The position numbers were made by a program, and so were the translations under genes. The notes under the pieces were generated by a model. The model made no database searches. It had not been told where the DNA came from and was given only the letters and a program-made list of their open reading frames with translations. Shown here piece after piece: positions 1 through 15,000 of a stretch of 64,000 bases of DNA (the first letter of the stretch is position 1; each line of letters begins with the position of its first letter). The DNA is taken from the NCBI GenBank assembly GCA_964016885.1, contig OZ024743.1:254758001-254822000 (forward strand). The letters are read 5' to 3'. Source of the DNA: Eledone cirrhosa. Taxonomy: Eukaryota.

Positions 1-3000
1 GGTGGTGGTGGTGGTAGTGTTTGTTGTAATGGTGATCATGGTGGAGGTGGTGGTGGTAGTGTGTGTTGTAATGGTGATCATGGTAGAGGTGGTGGTGGTG
101 GTAGTCTTTGTTGTAATGGTGATCATGGTGGAGGTGGTGGTGGTAGTGTTTGTTGTAATGGTGATCATGGTGGAGGTGGTGGTGGTAGTGCTTGTTCTAA
201 TGGTGATCATGGTGGAGGTGGTGGTGGTAGTCTTTGTTGTAATGGTGATCATGGTGGAGGTGGTGGTGGTAGTGTTTGTTGTAATGGTGATCATGGTGGA
301 GGTGGTGGTGGTAGTGTTTGTTGTAATGGTGATCATGGTGGAGGTGGTGGTGGTAGTGTTTGTTGTAATGGTGATCATGGTGTAGGTGGTGGTGGTAGTG
401 TTTGTTGTAATGGCGATCATGGTGGTGGGGTGGTGGTAGTGTTTGTTGTAATGGTGATCATGGTGGAGGTGGTGGTGGTAGTGCTTGTTGTAATGGTGAT
501 CATGGTGGAGGTGGTGGTGGTAGTGTTTGTTGTAATGGTGATCATGGTGGAGGTGGTGGTGGTAGTGTTTGTTGTAATGGTGATCATCGTGGAGGTGGTT
601 GTGGTGGTAGTGTTTGTTGTAATGGTGATCATGGTGCAAGTGGTGGTGGTGGTAGTGTTTGTTGTAATGGTGATCATGGTGGAGGTGGTGGTGGTAGTGT
701 TTGTTGTAATGGTGATCATCGTGGAGGTGGTTGTGGTGGTAGTGTTTGTTGTAATGGTGATCATGTTGGTGGGGTGGTGGTAGTGCTTGTTGTAATGGTG
801 ATCATCGTGGAGGTGGTTGGGTGGTAGTGTTTGTTGTAATGGTGATCATGGTGGTGGTGTTGATGGTGGGAGTGTTTGTGGTAATGGTGATCATGGTGGA
901 GGTGGTGGTGGTAGTGTTTGTTGTAATGGTGATCATGGTGGTGTTGGTGGTGGTAGTGTTTGTTGTAATGGTGATCATGGTGGAGGTGGTGGTGGTGGTA
1001 GTGTTTGTTGTAATGGTGATCATGGTGGTGTTGGTGGTGGTAGTGCTTGTTGTAATGGTGATCATCGTGGAGGTGGTTGTGGTGGTAGTGTTTGTTGTAA
1101 TGGTGATCATGGTGGTGGTGGTGGTGGTGGGAGTGTTTGTGGTAATGGTGATCATGGTGGTGGTGGTGGTGGTGGTAGTGTTTGTTGAAATGGTGATCAT
1201 GGTGGAGGTGGTGGTGGTAGTGTTTGTTGTAATGGTGATCATGGTGGATGTGGTGGTGGTGTTTGTTGTAATGGTGATCATGGTGGAGGTGGTGGTGGTG
1301 TTGATAGTGCTTGTTGTAATGGTGATCATGGTGGTGGTGGTGGTGGTAGTGTTTGTTGTAATGATGATCATGGTGGTGGTGGTGGTAGTGTTTGTTGTAA
1401 TGGTGATCATGGTGGTGGTGGTGGTGGTAGTGTTTGTTGTAATGGTGATCATGGTGGTGGTGGTGGTAGTGTTTGTTGTAATGGTGATCATGGTGGTGGT
1501 GGTGGTAGTGTTTGTTGTAATGGTGGTCATGGTGGTGGTGGTGGTGGTAGTGTTTGTTGTAATGGTGATCATGGTGGTGGTGGTGGTAGTGTTTGTTGTA
1601 ATGGTGATCATGTTGGTGGTGGTGGTGGTAGTGTTTGTTGTAATGGTGATCATGTTGGTGGTGGTGGTGGTAGTGTTTGTTGTAATGGTGGTCATGGTGG
1701 TGGTGGTGGTGGTAGTGTTCGTTGTAATGGTGATCATGGTGGTGGTGGTGGTGGTAGTGTCTGTTGTAATGGTGATCATCGTGGAGGTGGTTGTGGTGGA
1801 AGTGTTTGTTGTAATGGTGATCATGGTGGTGGTGGTGGTAGTGTTTGTTGTAATGGTGTTCATGGTGGTGGTGGTGGTGGTAGTGTTTGTTGTAATGGTG
1901 GTCATGGTGGTGGTGGTGGTGGTAGTGTTCGTTGTAATGGTGATCATGTTGGTGGTGGTGTTAGTGTTTGTTGTAATGCTGATCATGTTGGTGGTGGTGG
2001 TGGTAGTGTTTGTTGTAATGGTGGTCATGGTGGTGGTGGTGGTGGTAGTGTTCGTTGTAATGGTGATCATGTTGGTGGTGGTGGTAGTGTTTGTTGTAAT
2101 GGTGATCATGGTGGTGGTGGTGGTGGTGGTGGTAGCATTTGTTGTAATGGTGATCATGGTGGTGGTGGTGGTGGTAGTGTTTGTTGTAATGGTGATCATG
2201 GTGGTGGTGGTGGTGGTAGTGTTTGTTGTAATGGTGATCATGGTGGAGGTGGTGGTGGTGGTAGTGTTTGTTGTAATGGTGATCATGGTGGTGGTGGTGG
2301 TGGTGGTAGTGCTTGTTGTAATGGTGATCATGGTGGTGGTGGTAGTGTTTGTTGTAATGGTGATCATGGTGGTGGTGGTGGTGATAGTGCTTGTTGTAAT
2401 GGTGATCATGGTGGTGGTGGTGGTGGTAGTGTTTGTTGTAATGATGATCATGGTGGTGGTGGTGGTGGTAGTGTTTGTTGTAATGGTGATCATGGTGGTG
2501 TTGGTGGTGGTAGTAGTGTTTGTTTTAATGGTGATCATGGTGGTGGTGGTGGTGGTGGTAGTGTTTGTTGTATTGGTGATCATGGTGGTGGTGGTGGTGG
2601 TGGTGGTGATAGTGTTTGTTGTAATGGTGATCATGGTGGTGGTGGTGGTGGTGGTAGTGTTTGTTGTATTGGTGATCATGGTGGTGGTGGTGGTGGTGGT
2701 AGTGTTTGTTGTAATGGTGATCATGGTGGAGTTGGTGGTGGTGGTAGTGTTTGTTGTAATGGTGATCATGGTGGTGGAGGTGGTGGTGGTAGTGTTTGTT
2801 GTAATGGTGATCATGGTGGTGGTGGTGGTGGTGGTAGTGTTTGTTGTAATGGTGATCATGGTGGTGGAGGTGGTGGTGACAGTGTTTGTTGTAATGGTGA
2901 TCATGGTGGTGGTGGTGGTGGTGGTAGTGTTTGTTGTAATGGTGATCATGGTGGTGTTGGTGGTGGTGGTAGTGTTTGTTGTAATGGTGATCATGGTGGT

Positions 3001-6000
3001 GGTGGTGGTGGTGGTAGTGTTTGTTGTAATGGTGATAATGGTGGTGGAGGTGGTGGTGGTAGTGTTTGTTGTAATGGTGATCATGGTGGAGGTGGTGGTG
3101 GTAGTGTGTGTTGTAATGGTGATCATGGTGGTGGTGGTGGTGGTAGTGTTTGTTGTAATGGTGATCATGGTCGTGGTGGTGGTGGTAGTGTTTGTTGTAA
3201 TGGTGATCATGGTGGTGGTGGTGGTGGTAGTGTTTGTTGTAATTGTGATCATGGTGGTGGTGGTGGTGGTGGTAGTGTTTGTTGTAATGGTGTTCATGGT
3301 GGTGGTGGTGGTGGTAGTGTTTGTTGTAATGGTGGTCATGGTGGTGGTGGTGGTAGTGTTCGTTGTAATGGTGATCATGTTGGTGGTGGTGGTGGTAGTG
3401 TTTGTTGTAATGGTGGTCATGGTGGTGGTGGTGGTGGTAGTGTTCGTTGTAATGGTGGTCATGGTGGTGGTGGTGGTGGTAGTGTTCGTTGTAATGGTGG
3501 TCATGGTGGTGGTGGTGGTGGTGGTAGTGTTTGTTGTAATGCTGATCATGTTGGTGGTGGTGGTGGTAGTGTTTGTTGTAATGGTGGTCATGGTGGTGGT
3601 GGTGGTGGTAGTGTTCGTTGTAATGGTGATCATGGTGGTGGTGGTGGTGGTAGTGTTTGTTGTAATGGTGATCATGGTGGTGGTGGTGGTGGTGGTGGTG
3701 GTAGTGTTTGTTGTAATGGTGATCATGGTGGTGGTGGTGGTGGTGGTGGTGGTGGTAGTGTTTGTTGTAAAGGTGATCATGGTGGTGGTGGTGGTGGTAG
3801 TGTTTATTGTAATGGTGATCATGGTGGTGTTGGTGGTGGTGGTAGTGTTTGTTTTAATGGTGATCATGGTGGTGGTGGTGGTGGTAGTGTTTGTTGTAAT
3901 GGTGATCATGGTGGAGGTGGTGGTGGTGGTGGTAGTGTTTGTTGTAATGGTGATGATCGTGGTGGTGGTGGTGGTGGTGGTGGTAGTGTTTATTGTAATG
4001 GTGATAATGGTGGTGGTGGTGGTGGTGGTGGTAGTGTTTGTTGTAATGGTGATCATGGTGGTGGTGGTGGTGGTAGTGTTTGTTGTAATGGTGATCATGG
4101 TGGTGGTGGTGGTGGTAGTGTTTGTTGCAATGGTGATCATGGTGGAGGTGGTGGTGGTGGTAGTGTTTGTTGTAATGGTGATCATGGTGGTGGTGGTGGT
4201 AGTGTTTTTTGTAATGGTGATCATGGTGGTGGTGGTAGTGTTTGTTGTAATGGTGATCATGGTGGTGGTGGTGGTGGTAGTGTTTGTTGTAATGTTGATC
4301 ATGGTGGTGGTGGTGGTGGTAGTGTTTGTTGTAATGGTGATCATGGTGGTGGAGGTGGTGGTGGTAGTGTTTGTTGTAATGATGATCATGGTGGTGTTGG
4401 TGGTGGTAGTGTTTGTTGTAATGTTGATCATGCTGGTGGTGGTGGTGGTGGTAGTGTTTGTTGTAATGGTGATCATGGTGGTGGTGGTGGTGGTGGTAGT
4501 GTTTGTTGTATTGGTGATCATGGTGGTGGTGGTGGTGGTGGTGATAGTGTTTGTTGTAATGGTGATCATGGTGGTGGTGGTGGTGGTGGTAGTGTTTGTT
4601 GTATTGGTGATCATGGTGGTGGTGGTGGTGGTGGTAGTGTTTGTTGTAATGGTGATCATGGTGGAGTTGGTGGTGGTGGTAGTGTTTGTTGTAATGGTGA
4701 TCATGGTGGTGGAGGTGGTGGTGGTAGTGTTTGTTGTAATGCTGATCATGGTGGTGGTGGTGGTGGTGGTAGTGTTTGTTGTAATGGTGATCATGGTGGT
4801 GGTGGTGGTGGTGGTAGTGTTTACTGTAATGGTGATCATGGTGGTGGTGGTGGTGGTGGTGACAGTGTTTGTTGTAATGGTGATCATGGTGGTGGTGGTG
4901 GTGGTGGTAGTGTTTGTTGTAATGGTGATCATGGTGGTGTTGGTGGTGGTGGTAGTGTTTGTTGTAATTGTGATCATGGTGGTGGTGGTGGTGGTGGTAG
5001 TGTTTGTTGTAATGGTGATAATGGTGGTGGAGGTGGTGGTGGTAGTGTTTGTTGTAATGGTGATCATGGTGGAGGTGGTGGTGGTAGTGTGTGTTGTAAT
5101 GGTGATCATGGTGGAGGTGGTGGTAGTGTTTGTTGTTATGGTGATCATGGTGCAGGTGGTGGTGGTAGTGTTTGTTGTAATGGTGATCATGGTGGTGGAG
5201 GTGGTGGTGACAGTGTTTGTTGTAATGGTGATCATGGTGGTGGTGGTGGTGGTGGTAGTGTTTGTTGTAATGGTGATCATGGTGGTGTTGGTGGTGGTGG
5301 TAGTGTTTGTTGTAATTGTGATCATGGTGGTGGTGGTGGTGGTGGTAGTGTTTGTTGTAATGGTGATAATGGTGGTGGAGGTGGTGGTGGTAGTGTTTGT
5401 TGTAATGGTGATCATGGTGGAGGTGGTGGTGGTAGTGTGTGTTGTAATGGTGATCATGGTGGAGGTGGTGGTAGTGTTTGTTGTTATGGTGATCATGGTG
5501 CAGGTGGTGGTGGTAGTGTGTGTTGTAATGGTGATCATGGTGCTGGTGGTGGTGGTGGTAGTGTTTGTTGTAATGGTGATCATGGTGGTGGTGGTGGTAG
5601 TGTTTGTTGTTATGGTGATCATGGTGGAGGTGGTGGTGGTGGTAGTGTTTGTTGTAACGGTGATCATGGTCGTGGTGGTGGTGGTAGTGTTTGTTGTAAT
5701 GGTGATCATGGTCGTGGTGGTGGTGGTAGTGTTTGTTGTAATGGTGATCATGGTGGTGGTGGTGGTGGTAGTGTTAGTTGTAATGGTGATCATCGTGGTG
5801 GTGGTGGTGGAAGTGTTTGTTGTAATGGTGATCATGTTGGTGGTGGTGGTAGTGTTAGTTGTAATGGTGATCATCGTGGTGGTGGTGGTGGAAGTGTTTG
5901 TTGTAATGGTGATCATGTTGGTGGTGGTGGTAGTGTTAGTTGTAATGGTGATCATCGTGGTGGTGGTGGTGGAAGTGTTTGTTGTAATGGTGATCATGTT

Positions 6001-9000
6001 GGTGGTGGTGGTGGTAGTGTTTGTTGTAATGGTGGTCATGGTGGTGGCGGTGGTGGTAGTGTTTGTTGTAATGGTGATCATCGTGGTGGTGGTGGTGGAA
6101 GTGTTTGTTGTAATGGTGATCATGTTGGTGGTGGTGGTAGTGTTAGTTGTAATGGTGATCATCGTGGTGGTGGTGGTGGAAGTGTTTGTTGTAATGGTGA
6201 TCATGTTGGTGGTGGTGGTGGTAGTGTTTGTTGTAATGGTGGTCATGGTGGTGGTGGTGGTGGTAGTGTTTGTTGTAATGGTGATCATCGTGGTGGTGGT
6301 GGTGGAAGTGTTTGTTGTAATGGTGATCATGTTGGTGGTGGTGGTAGTGTTAGTTGTAATGGTGATCATCGTGGTGGTGGTGGTGGAAGTGTTTGTTGTA
6401 ATGGTGATCATGTTGGTGGTGGTGGTGGTAGTGTTTGTTGTAATGGTGGTCATGGTGGTGGCGGTGGTGGTAGTGTTTGTTGTAATGGTGGTCATGGTGG
6501 TGGCGGTGGTGGTAGTGTTTGTTGTAATGGTGATCATGGTGGTGGTGGTGGTGGTAGTGTCTGTTGTAATGGTGATCATCGTGGAGGTGGTGGTGGTGGT
6601 AGTGTTTGTTGTAATGGTGATAATGGTGGTGGTGGTGGTAGTGTTTGTTGTAATGGTGTTCATGGTGGTGGTGGTGGTAGTGTTTGTTGTAATGGTGGTC
6701 ATGGTGGTGGTGGTGGTGGTAGTGTTCGTTGTAATGGTGATCATGGTGGTGGTGGTGGTAGTGTTTGTTGTAATGGTGGTCATGGTGGTGGTGGTGGTGG
6801 TAGTGTTCGTTGTAATGGTGATCATGTTGGTGGTGGTGGTAGTGTTTGTTGTAATGCTGATCATGTTGGTGGTGGTGGTGGTAGTGTTTGTTGTAATGGT
6901 GATCATGGTGGTGGTGGTGGTAGTGTTTGTTGTAATGGTGGTCATGGTGGTGGTGGTGGTGGTAGTGTTCGTTGTAATGGTGATCATGTTGGTGGTGGTG
7001 GTAGTGTTTGTTGTAATGATGATCATGTTGGTGGTGGTGGTGGTAGTGTTTGTTGTAATGGTGGTCATGGTGGTGGTGGTGGTGGTAGTGTTCGTTGTAA
7101 TGGTGATCATGGTGGTGGTGGTGGTGGTGGTAGTGTTTGTTGTAATGGTGATCATGGTGGTGGTGGTGGTAGTGTTTGTTGTAATGGTGGTCATGGTGGT
7201 GGTGGTGGTGGTAGTGTTCGTTGTAATGGTGATCATGTTGGTGGTGGTGGTAGTGTTTGTTGTAATGCTGATCATGTTGGTGGTGGTGGTGGTAGTGTTT
7301 GTTGTAATGGTGGTCATGGTGGTGGTGGTGGTGGTAGTGTTCGTTGTAATGGTGATCATGGTGGTGGTGGTGGTGGTGGTAGTGTTTGTTGTAATGGTGA
7401 TCATGGTGGTGGTGGTGGTAGTGTTTGTTGTAATGGTGGTCATGGTGGTGGTGGTGGTGGTAGTGTTCGTTGTAATGGTGATCATGTTGGTGGTGGTGGT
7501 AGTGTTTGTTGTAATGCTGATCATGTTGGTGGTGGTGGTGGTAGTGTTTGTTGTAATGCTGATCATGTTGGTGGTGGTGGTGGTAGTGTTTGTTGTAATG
7601 GTGGTCATGGTGGTGGTGGTAGTGTTTGTTGTAATGGTGATAATGGTGGTGGTGGTGGTAGTGTTCGTTGTAATGGTGATCATGTTGGTGGTGGTGGTAG
7701 TGTTTGTTGTAATGGTGATCATGGTGGTGGTGGTGGTGGTGGTGGTAGCGTTTGTTGTAATGGTGATCATGGTGGTGGTGGTGGTGGTAGTGTTTGTTGT
7801 AATGGTGATCATGGTGGTGGTGGTGGTGGTAGCGTTTGTTGTAATGGTGATCATGGTGGTGGTGGTGGTGGTAGTGTTTGTTGTAATGGTGATCATGGTG
7901 GTGGTGGTGGTGGTAGTGTTTGTTGTAATGGTGATCATGGTGGTGGTGGTGGTAGTGTTTGTTGTAATGGTGGTCATGGTGGTGGTGGTGGTGGTAGTGT
8001 TCGTTGTAATGGTGATCATGTTGGTGGTGGTGGTAGTGTTTGTTGTAATGCTGATCATGTTGGTGGTGGTGGTGGTAGTGTTTGTTGTAATGGTGGTCAT
8101 GGTGGTGGTGGTGGTGGTAGTGTTCGTTGTAATGGTGATCATGTTGGTGGTGGTGGTAGTGTTTGTTGTAATGGTGATCATGGTGGTGGTGGTGGTGGTG
8201 GTGGTAGCGTTTGTTGTAATGGTGATCATGGTGGTGGTGGTGGTGGTAGTGTTTGTTGTAATGGTGATCATGGTGGTGGTGGTGGTGGTAGTGTTTGTTG
8301 TAATGGTGATCATGGTGGAGGTGGTGGTGGTGGTAGTGTTTGTTGTAATGGTGATCATGGTGGTGGTGGTGGTGGTGGTAGTGCTTGTTGTAATGGTGAT
8401 CATGGTGGTGGTGGTAGTGTTTGTTGTAATGGTGATCATGGTGGTGGTGGTGGTGATAGTGCTTGTTGTAATGGTGATCATGGTGGTGGTGGTGGTGGTA
8501 GTGTTTGTTGTAATGATGATCATGGTGGTGGTGGTGGTGGTAGTGTTTGTTGTAATGGTGATCATGGTGGTGGTGGTGGTGGTGGTAGTGTTTGTTGTAA
8601 TGGTGATCATGGTGGTGTTGGTGGTGGTAGTAGTGTTTGTTTTAATGGTGATCATGGTGGTGGTGGTGGTGGTAGTGTTTGTTTTAATGGTGATCATGGT
8701 GGTGGTGGTGGTGGTGGTAGTGTTTGTTGTAATGGTGATCATGGTGGTGTTGGTGGTGGTAGTAGTGTTTGTTTTAATGGTGATCATGGTGGTGGTGGTG
8801 GTGGTGGTAGTGTTTGTTGTAATGGTGATCATGGTGGTGTTGGTGGTGGTAGTAGTGTTTGTTTTAATGGTGATCATGGTGGTGGTGGTGGTGGTGGTGG
8901 TGGTAGTGTTTGTTGTAATGGTGATCATGGTGGTGGTGGTGGTGGTGGTGGTGGTAGTGTTTGTTGTAAAGGTGATCATGGTGGTGGTGGTGGTGGTAGT

Positions 9001-12000
9001 GTTTATTGTAATGGTGATCATGGTGGTGTTGGTGGTGGTAGTGTTTATTGTAATGGTGATCATGGTGGTGGTGGTGGTGGTAGTGTTTATTGTAATGGTG
9101 ATCATGGTGGTGTTGGTGGTGGTGGTAGTGTTTGTTTTAATGGTGATCATGGTGGTGGTGGTGGTGGTGGTAGTGTTTGTTGTAATGGTGATGATCATGG
9201 TGGTGGTGGTGGTGGTGGTGGTAGTGTTTATTGTAATGGTGATCATGGTGGTGGTGGTGGTGGTGGTGGTAGTGTTTGTTGTAATGGTGATCATGGTGGT
9301 GGTGGTGGTGGTAGTGTTTGTTGTAATGGTGATCATGGTGGAGGTGGTGGTGGTGGTAGTGTTTGTTGTAATGGTGATAATGGTGGTGGTGGTGGTAGTG
9401 TTTGTTGTAATGGTGATCATGGTGGTGGTGGTGGTGGTAGTGTTTGTTGTAATGGTGATCATGGTGGTGGTGGTGGTGGTAGTGTTTGTTGTAACGGTGA
9501 TCATGGTGGTGGTGGTGGTGGTAGTGTTTGTTGTAATGTTGATCATGGTGGTGGAGGTGGTGGTGGTAGTGTTTGTTGTAATGGTGATCATGGTGGTGGT
9601 GGTGGTGGTAGTGTTTGTTGTAATGGTGATCATGGTGGTGGTGGTGGTGGTAGTGTTTTTTGTAACGGTGATCATGGTGGTGTTGGTGGTGGTAGTGTTT
9701 GTTGTAATGTTGATCATGGTGGTGGAGGTGGTGGTGGTAGTGTTTGTTGTAATGGTGATCATGGTGGTGGTGGTGGTGGTGGTAGTGTTTGTTGTAATGG
9801 TGATCATGGTGGTGGAGGTGGTGGTGGTAGTGTTTGTTGTAATGATGATCATGGTGGTGTTGGTGGTGGTAGTGTTTGTTGTAATGTTGATCATGCTGGT
9901 GGTGGTGGTGGTAGTGTTTGTTGTAATGGTGATCATGGTGGTGGTGGTGGTGGTGGTAGTGTTTGTTGTATTGGTGATCATGGTGGTGGTGGTGGTGGTG
10001 GTGGTGGTAGTGTCTGTTGTAATGGTGATCATCGTGGAGGTGGTTGTGGTGGTAGTGTTTGTTGTAATAGTGATCATGGTGGTGGTGGTGGTAGTGTTTG
10101 TTGTAATGGTGTTCATGGTGGTGGTGGTGGTGGTAGTGTTTGTTGTAATGGTGGTCATGGTGGTGGTGGTGGTGGTAGTGTTCGTTGTAATGGTGCTCAT
10201 GTTGGTGTTGGTGGTAGTGTTTGTTGTAATGCTGATCATGTTGGTGGTGGTGGTGGTAGTGTTTGTTGTAATGGTGGTCATGGTGGTGGTGGTGGTGGTA
10301 GTGTTCGTTGTAATGGTGATCATGTTGGTGGTGGTGGTAGTGTTTGTTGTAATGGTGATCATGGTGGTGGTGGTGGTGGTGGTGGTAGCGTTTGTTGTAA
10401 TGGTGATCATGGTGGTGGTGGTGGTGGTAGTGTTTGTTGTAATGGTGATCATGGTGGTGGTGGTGGTGGTAGTGTTTGTTGTAATGGTGATCATGGTGGA
10501 GGTGGTGGTGGTGGTAGTGTTTGTTGTAATGGTGATCATGGTGGTGGTGGTGGTGGTGGTAGTGCTTGTTGTAATGGTGATCATGGTGGTGGTGGTAGTG
10601 TTTGTTGTAATGTTGATCATGGTGGTGGTGGTGGTGATAGTGCTTGTTGTAATGGTGATCATGGTGGTGGTGGTGGTGGTAGTGTTTGTTGTAATGATGA
10701 TCATGGTGGTGGTGGTGGTGGTAGTGTTTGTTGTAATGGTGATCATGGTGGTGTTGGTGGTGGTAGTAGTGTTTGTTTTAATGGTGATCATGGTGGTGGT
10801 GGTGGTGGTGGTGGTAGTGTTTGTTGTAATGGTGATCATGGTGGTGTTGGTGGTGGTAGTAGTGTTTGTTTTAATGGTGATCATGGTGGTGGTGGTGGTG
10901 GTGGTGGTGGTAGTGTTTGTTGTAATGGTGATCATGGTGGTGGTGGTGGTGGTGGTGGTGGTAGTGTTTGTTGTAAAGGTGATCATGGTGGTGGTGGTGG
11001 TGGTAGTGTTTATTGTAATGGTGATCATGGTGGTGTTGGTGGTGGTGGTAGTGTTTGTTTTAATGGTGATCATGGTGGTGGTGCTGGTGGTGGTAGTGTT
11101 TGTTGTAATGGTGATGATCATGGTGGTGGTGGTGGTGGTGGTGGTAGTGTTTATTGTAATGGTGATCATGGTGGTGGTGGTGGTGGTGGTGGTAGTGTTT
11201 GTTGTAATGGTGATCATGGTGGTGGTGGTGGTGGTAGTGTTTGTTGTAATGGTGATCATGGTGGAGGTGGTGGTGGTGGTAGTGTTTGTTGTAATGGTGA
11301 TAATGGTGGTGGTGGTGGTAGTGTTTGTTGTAATGGTGATCATGGTGGTGGTGGTGGTGGTAGTGTTTGTTGTAATGGTGATCATGGTGGTGGTGGTGGT
11401 GGTAGTGTTTGTTGTAATGTTGATCATGGTGGTGTTGGTGGTGGTAGTGTTTGTTGTAATGTTGATCATGGTGGTGGTGGTGGTGGTAGTGTTTGTTGTA
11501 ATGTTGATCATGCTGGTGGTGGTGGTGGTGGTAGTGTTTGTTGTATTGGTGATCATGGTGGTGGTGGTGGTGGTGGTGGTGATAGTGTTTGTTGTAATGG
11601 TGATCATGGTGGTGGTGGTGGTGGTGGTAGTGTTTGTTGTATTGGTGATCATGGTGGTGGTGGTGGTGGTGGTAGTGTTTGTTGTAATGGTGATAATGGT
11701 GGTGGAGGTGGTGGTGGTAGTGTTTGTTGTAATGGTGATCATGGTGGTGGTGGTGGTGGTAGTGTTTGTTGTAATGGTGATCATGGTGGTGTTGGTGGTG
11801 GTGGTAGTGTTTGTTGTAATGGTGATAATGGTGGTGGAGGTGGTGGTGGTAGTGTTTGTTGTAATGGTGATCATGGTGGTGGTGGTGGTGGTAGTGTTTG
11901 TTGTAATGGTGATCATGGTGGTGTTGGTGGTGGTGGTAGTGTTTGTTGTAATGGTGATCATGGTGGTGGTGGTGGTGGTGGTAGTGTTTGTTGTAATGGT

Positions 12001-15000
12001 GATAATGGTGGTGGAGGTGGTGGTGGTAGTGTTTGTTGTAATGGTGATCATGGTGGAGGTGGTGGTGGTGGTGTGTGTTGTAATGGTGATCATGGTGGAG
12101 GTGGTGGTAGTGTTTGTTGTAATGGTGATCATGGTGGTGGTGGTGGTGGTAGTGTTTGTTGTAATGGTGATCATGGTGGTGTTGGTGGTGGTGGTAGTGT
12201 TTGTTGTAATGGTGATCATGTTGGTGGTGGTGGTGGTGGTAGTGTTTGTTGTAATGGTGATCATGGTGGTGGTGGTTGTGGTAGTGTTTGTTGTAATTGT
12301 GATCATGGTGGTGGTGGTGGTGGTGGTAGTGTTTGTTGTAATGGTGATCATGGTGGTGGTGGTGGTGGTAGTGTTTGTTGTAATTGTGATCATGGTGGTG
12401 GTGGTGGTGGTGGTAGTGTTTGTTGTAATGGTGATCATGGTGGTGGTGGTGGTGGTAGTGTTTGTTGTAACGGTGATCATGGTCGTGGTGGTGGTGGTAG
12501 TGTTTGTTGTAATGGTGATCATGGTCGTGGTGGTGGTGGTAGTGTTAGTTGTAATGGTGATCATGGTCGTGGTGGTGGTGGTAGTGTTTGTTGTAATGGT
12601 GATCATGGTGGTGGTGGTGGTGGTAGTGTTTCTTGTAATGGTGATCATGGTGGTGGTGGTGGTGGTGGTAGTGTTTGTTGTAACGGTGATCATGGTCGTG
12701 GTGGTGGTGGTAGTGTTTGTTGTAATGGTGATCATGGTGGTGGTGGTGGTGGTAGTGTTTGTTGTAATGGTGATCATGGTGGTGGTGGTGGTGGTAGTGT
12801 TTGTTGTAATGGTGATCATGGTGGTGGTGGTGGTGGTAGTGTTTCTTGTAATGGTGATCATGGTGGTGGTGGTGGTGGTAGTGTTTGTTGTAACGGTGAT
12901 CATGGTCGTGGTGGTGGTGGTAGTGTTTGTTGTAATGGTGATCATGGTGGTGGTGGTGGTGGTAGTGTTTGTTGTAATGGTGATCATGGTGGTGGTGGTG
13001 GTGGTAGTGTTTGTTGTAATGGTGATCATGGTGGTGGTGGTGGTGGTAGTGTTTGTTGTAACGGTGATCATGGTCGTGGTGGTGGTGGTAGTGTTTGTTG
13101 TAATGGTGATCATGGTGGTGGTGGTGGTGGTAGTGTTTGTTGTAATGGTGATCATGGTGGTGGTGGTGGTGGTAGTTTTTGTTGTAATGGTGATCATGGT
13201 GGTGGTGGTGGTGGTGGTAGTGTTTGTTGTAATGATGATCATGGTGGTGGTGGTGGTGGTAGTGTTTGTTGTAATGGTGATCATGGTGGTGGTGGTGGTA
13301 GTGTTTGTTGTAATGGTGATCATGGTGGTGGTGGTGGTGGTGGTGGTAGTGTTTGTTGTAATGGTGATCATGGTGGTGGTGGTGGTAGTGTTTGTTGTTA
13401 TGGTGATCATGGTGGTGTTGGTGGTGGTGGTAGTGTTTGTTGTAATGGTGATCATGGTCGTGGTGGTGGTGGTAGTGTTTGTTGTAATGGTGATCATGGT
13501 GGTGGTGGTGGTGGTGGTAGTGTTTGTTGTAATGGTGATCATGGTGGTGGTGGTGGTAGTGTTTGTTGTTATGGTGATCATGGTGGTGTTGGTGGTGGTG
13601 GTAGTGTTTGTTGTAATGGTGATAACGGTGGTGGTGGTGGTGGTGGTAGTGTTTGTTGTAATGGTGATCATGGTGGTGGTGGTGGTGGTAGTTTTTGTTG
13701 TAATGGTGATCATGGTGGTGGTGGTGGTGGTGGTAGTGTTTGTTGTAATGGTGATCATGGTGGTGGTGGTGGTGGTAGTGTTTGTTGTAATGGTGATCAT
13801 GGTGGTGGTGGTGGTAGTGTTTGTTGTAACGGTGATCATGGTGGTGGTGGTGGTGGTGACAGTGTTTGTTGTAATGGTGATCATGGTGGTGGTGGTGGTG
13901 GTGGTGGTGGTGGTGTTTGTTGTAATGGTGATCATGGTGGTGGTGGTGGTGGTAGTGTTTGTTTTAATGGTGATCATGGTGGTGGTGGTGGTGGTAGTGT
14001 TTGTTGTAATGGTGATCATGTTGGTGGTGGTGGTGGTAGTGTTTGTTGTAATGGTGATCATGGTGGTGGAGGTGGTGGTGGTAGTGTTTGTTGTAATAGT
14101 GATCATGGTGGTGGTGGTGGTGGTGGTAGTGTTTGTTGTAATGGTGATCATGGTGGTGGTGGTGGTGGTAGTGTTTGTTTTAATGGTGATCATGTTGGTG
14201 GTGGTGGTGGTGGTGGTGGTAGTGTTTGTTGTAATGGTGATCATGGTGGTGGTGGTGGTGGTGGTGGTGGTGGTAGTGTTTGTTGTAATGGTGGTCATGG
14301 TGGTGGTGGTGGTGGTAGTGTTCGTTGTAATGGTGATCATGTTGGTGGTGGTGGTAGTGTTTGTTGTAATGGTGATCATGCTGGTGGTGGTGGTGGTGGT
14401 GGTAGCGTTTGTTGTAATGGTGATCATGGTGGTGGTGGTGGTGGTAGTGTTTGTTGTAATGGTGATCATGGTGGTGGTGGTGGTGGTAGTGTTTGTTGTA
14501 ATGGTGATCATGTTGGAGGTGGTGGTGGTGGTAGTGTTTGTTGTAATGGTGATCATGGTGGTGGTGGTGGTGGTGGTAGTGCTTGTTGTAATGGTGATCA
14601 TGGTGGTGGTGGTAGTGTTTGTTGTAATGGTGATCATAGTGGTGGTGGTGGTGATAGTGCTTGTTGTAATGGTGATCATGGTGGTGGTGGTGGTGGTAGT
14701 GTTTGTTGTAATGATGATCATGGTGGTGGTGGTGGTGGTAGTGTTTGTTGTAATGGTGATCATGGTGGTGTTGGTGGTGGTAGTAGTGTTTGTTTTAATG
14801 GTGATCATGGTGGTGGTGGTGGTGGTGGTGGTGGTAGTGTTTGTTGTAATGGTGATCATGGTGGTGGTGGTGGTGGTGGTGGTGGTAGTGTTTGTTGTAA
14901 AGGTGATCATGGTGGTGGTGGTGGTGGTAGTGTTTATTGTAATGGTGATCATGGTGGTGTTGGTGGTGGTGGTAGTGTTTGTTGTAATGGTGATGATCAT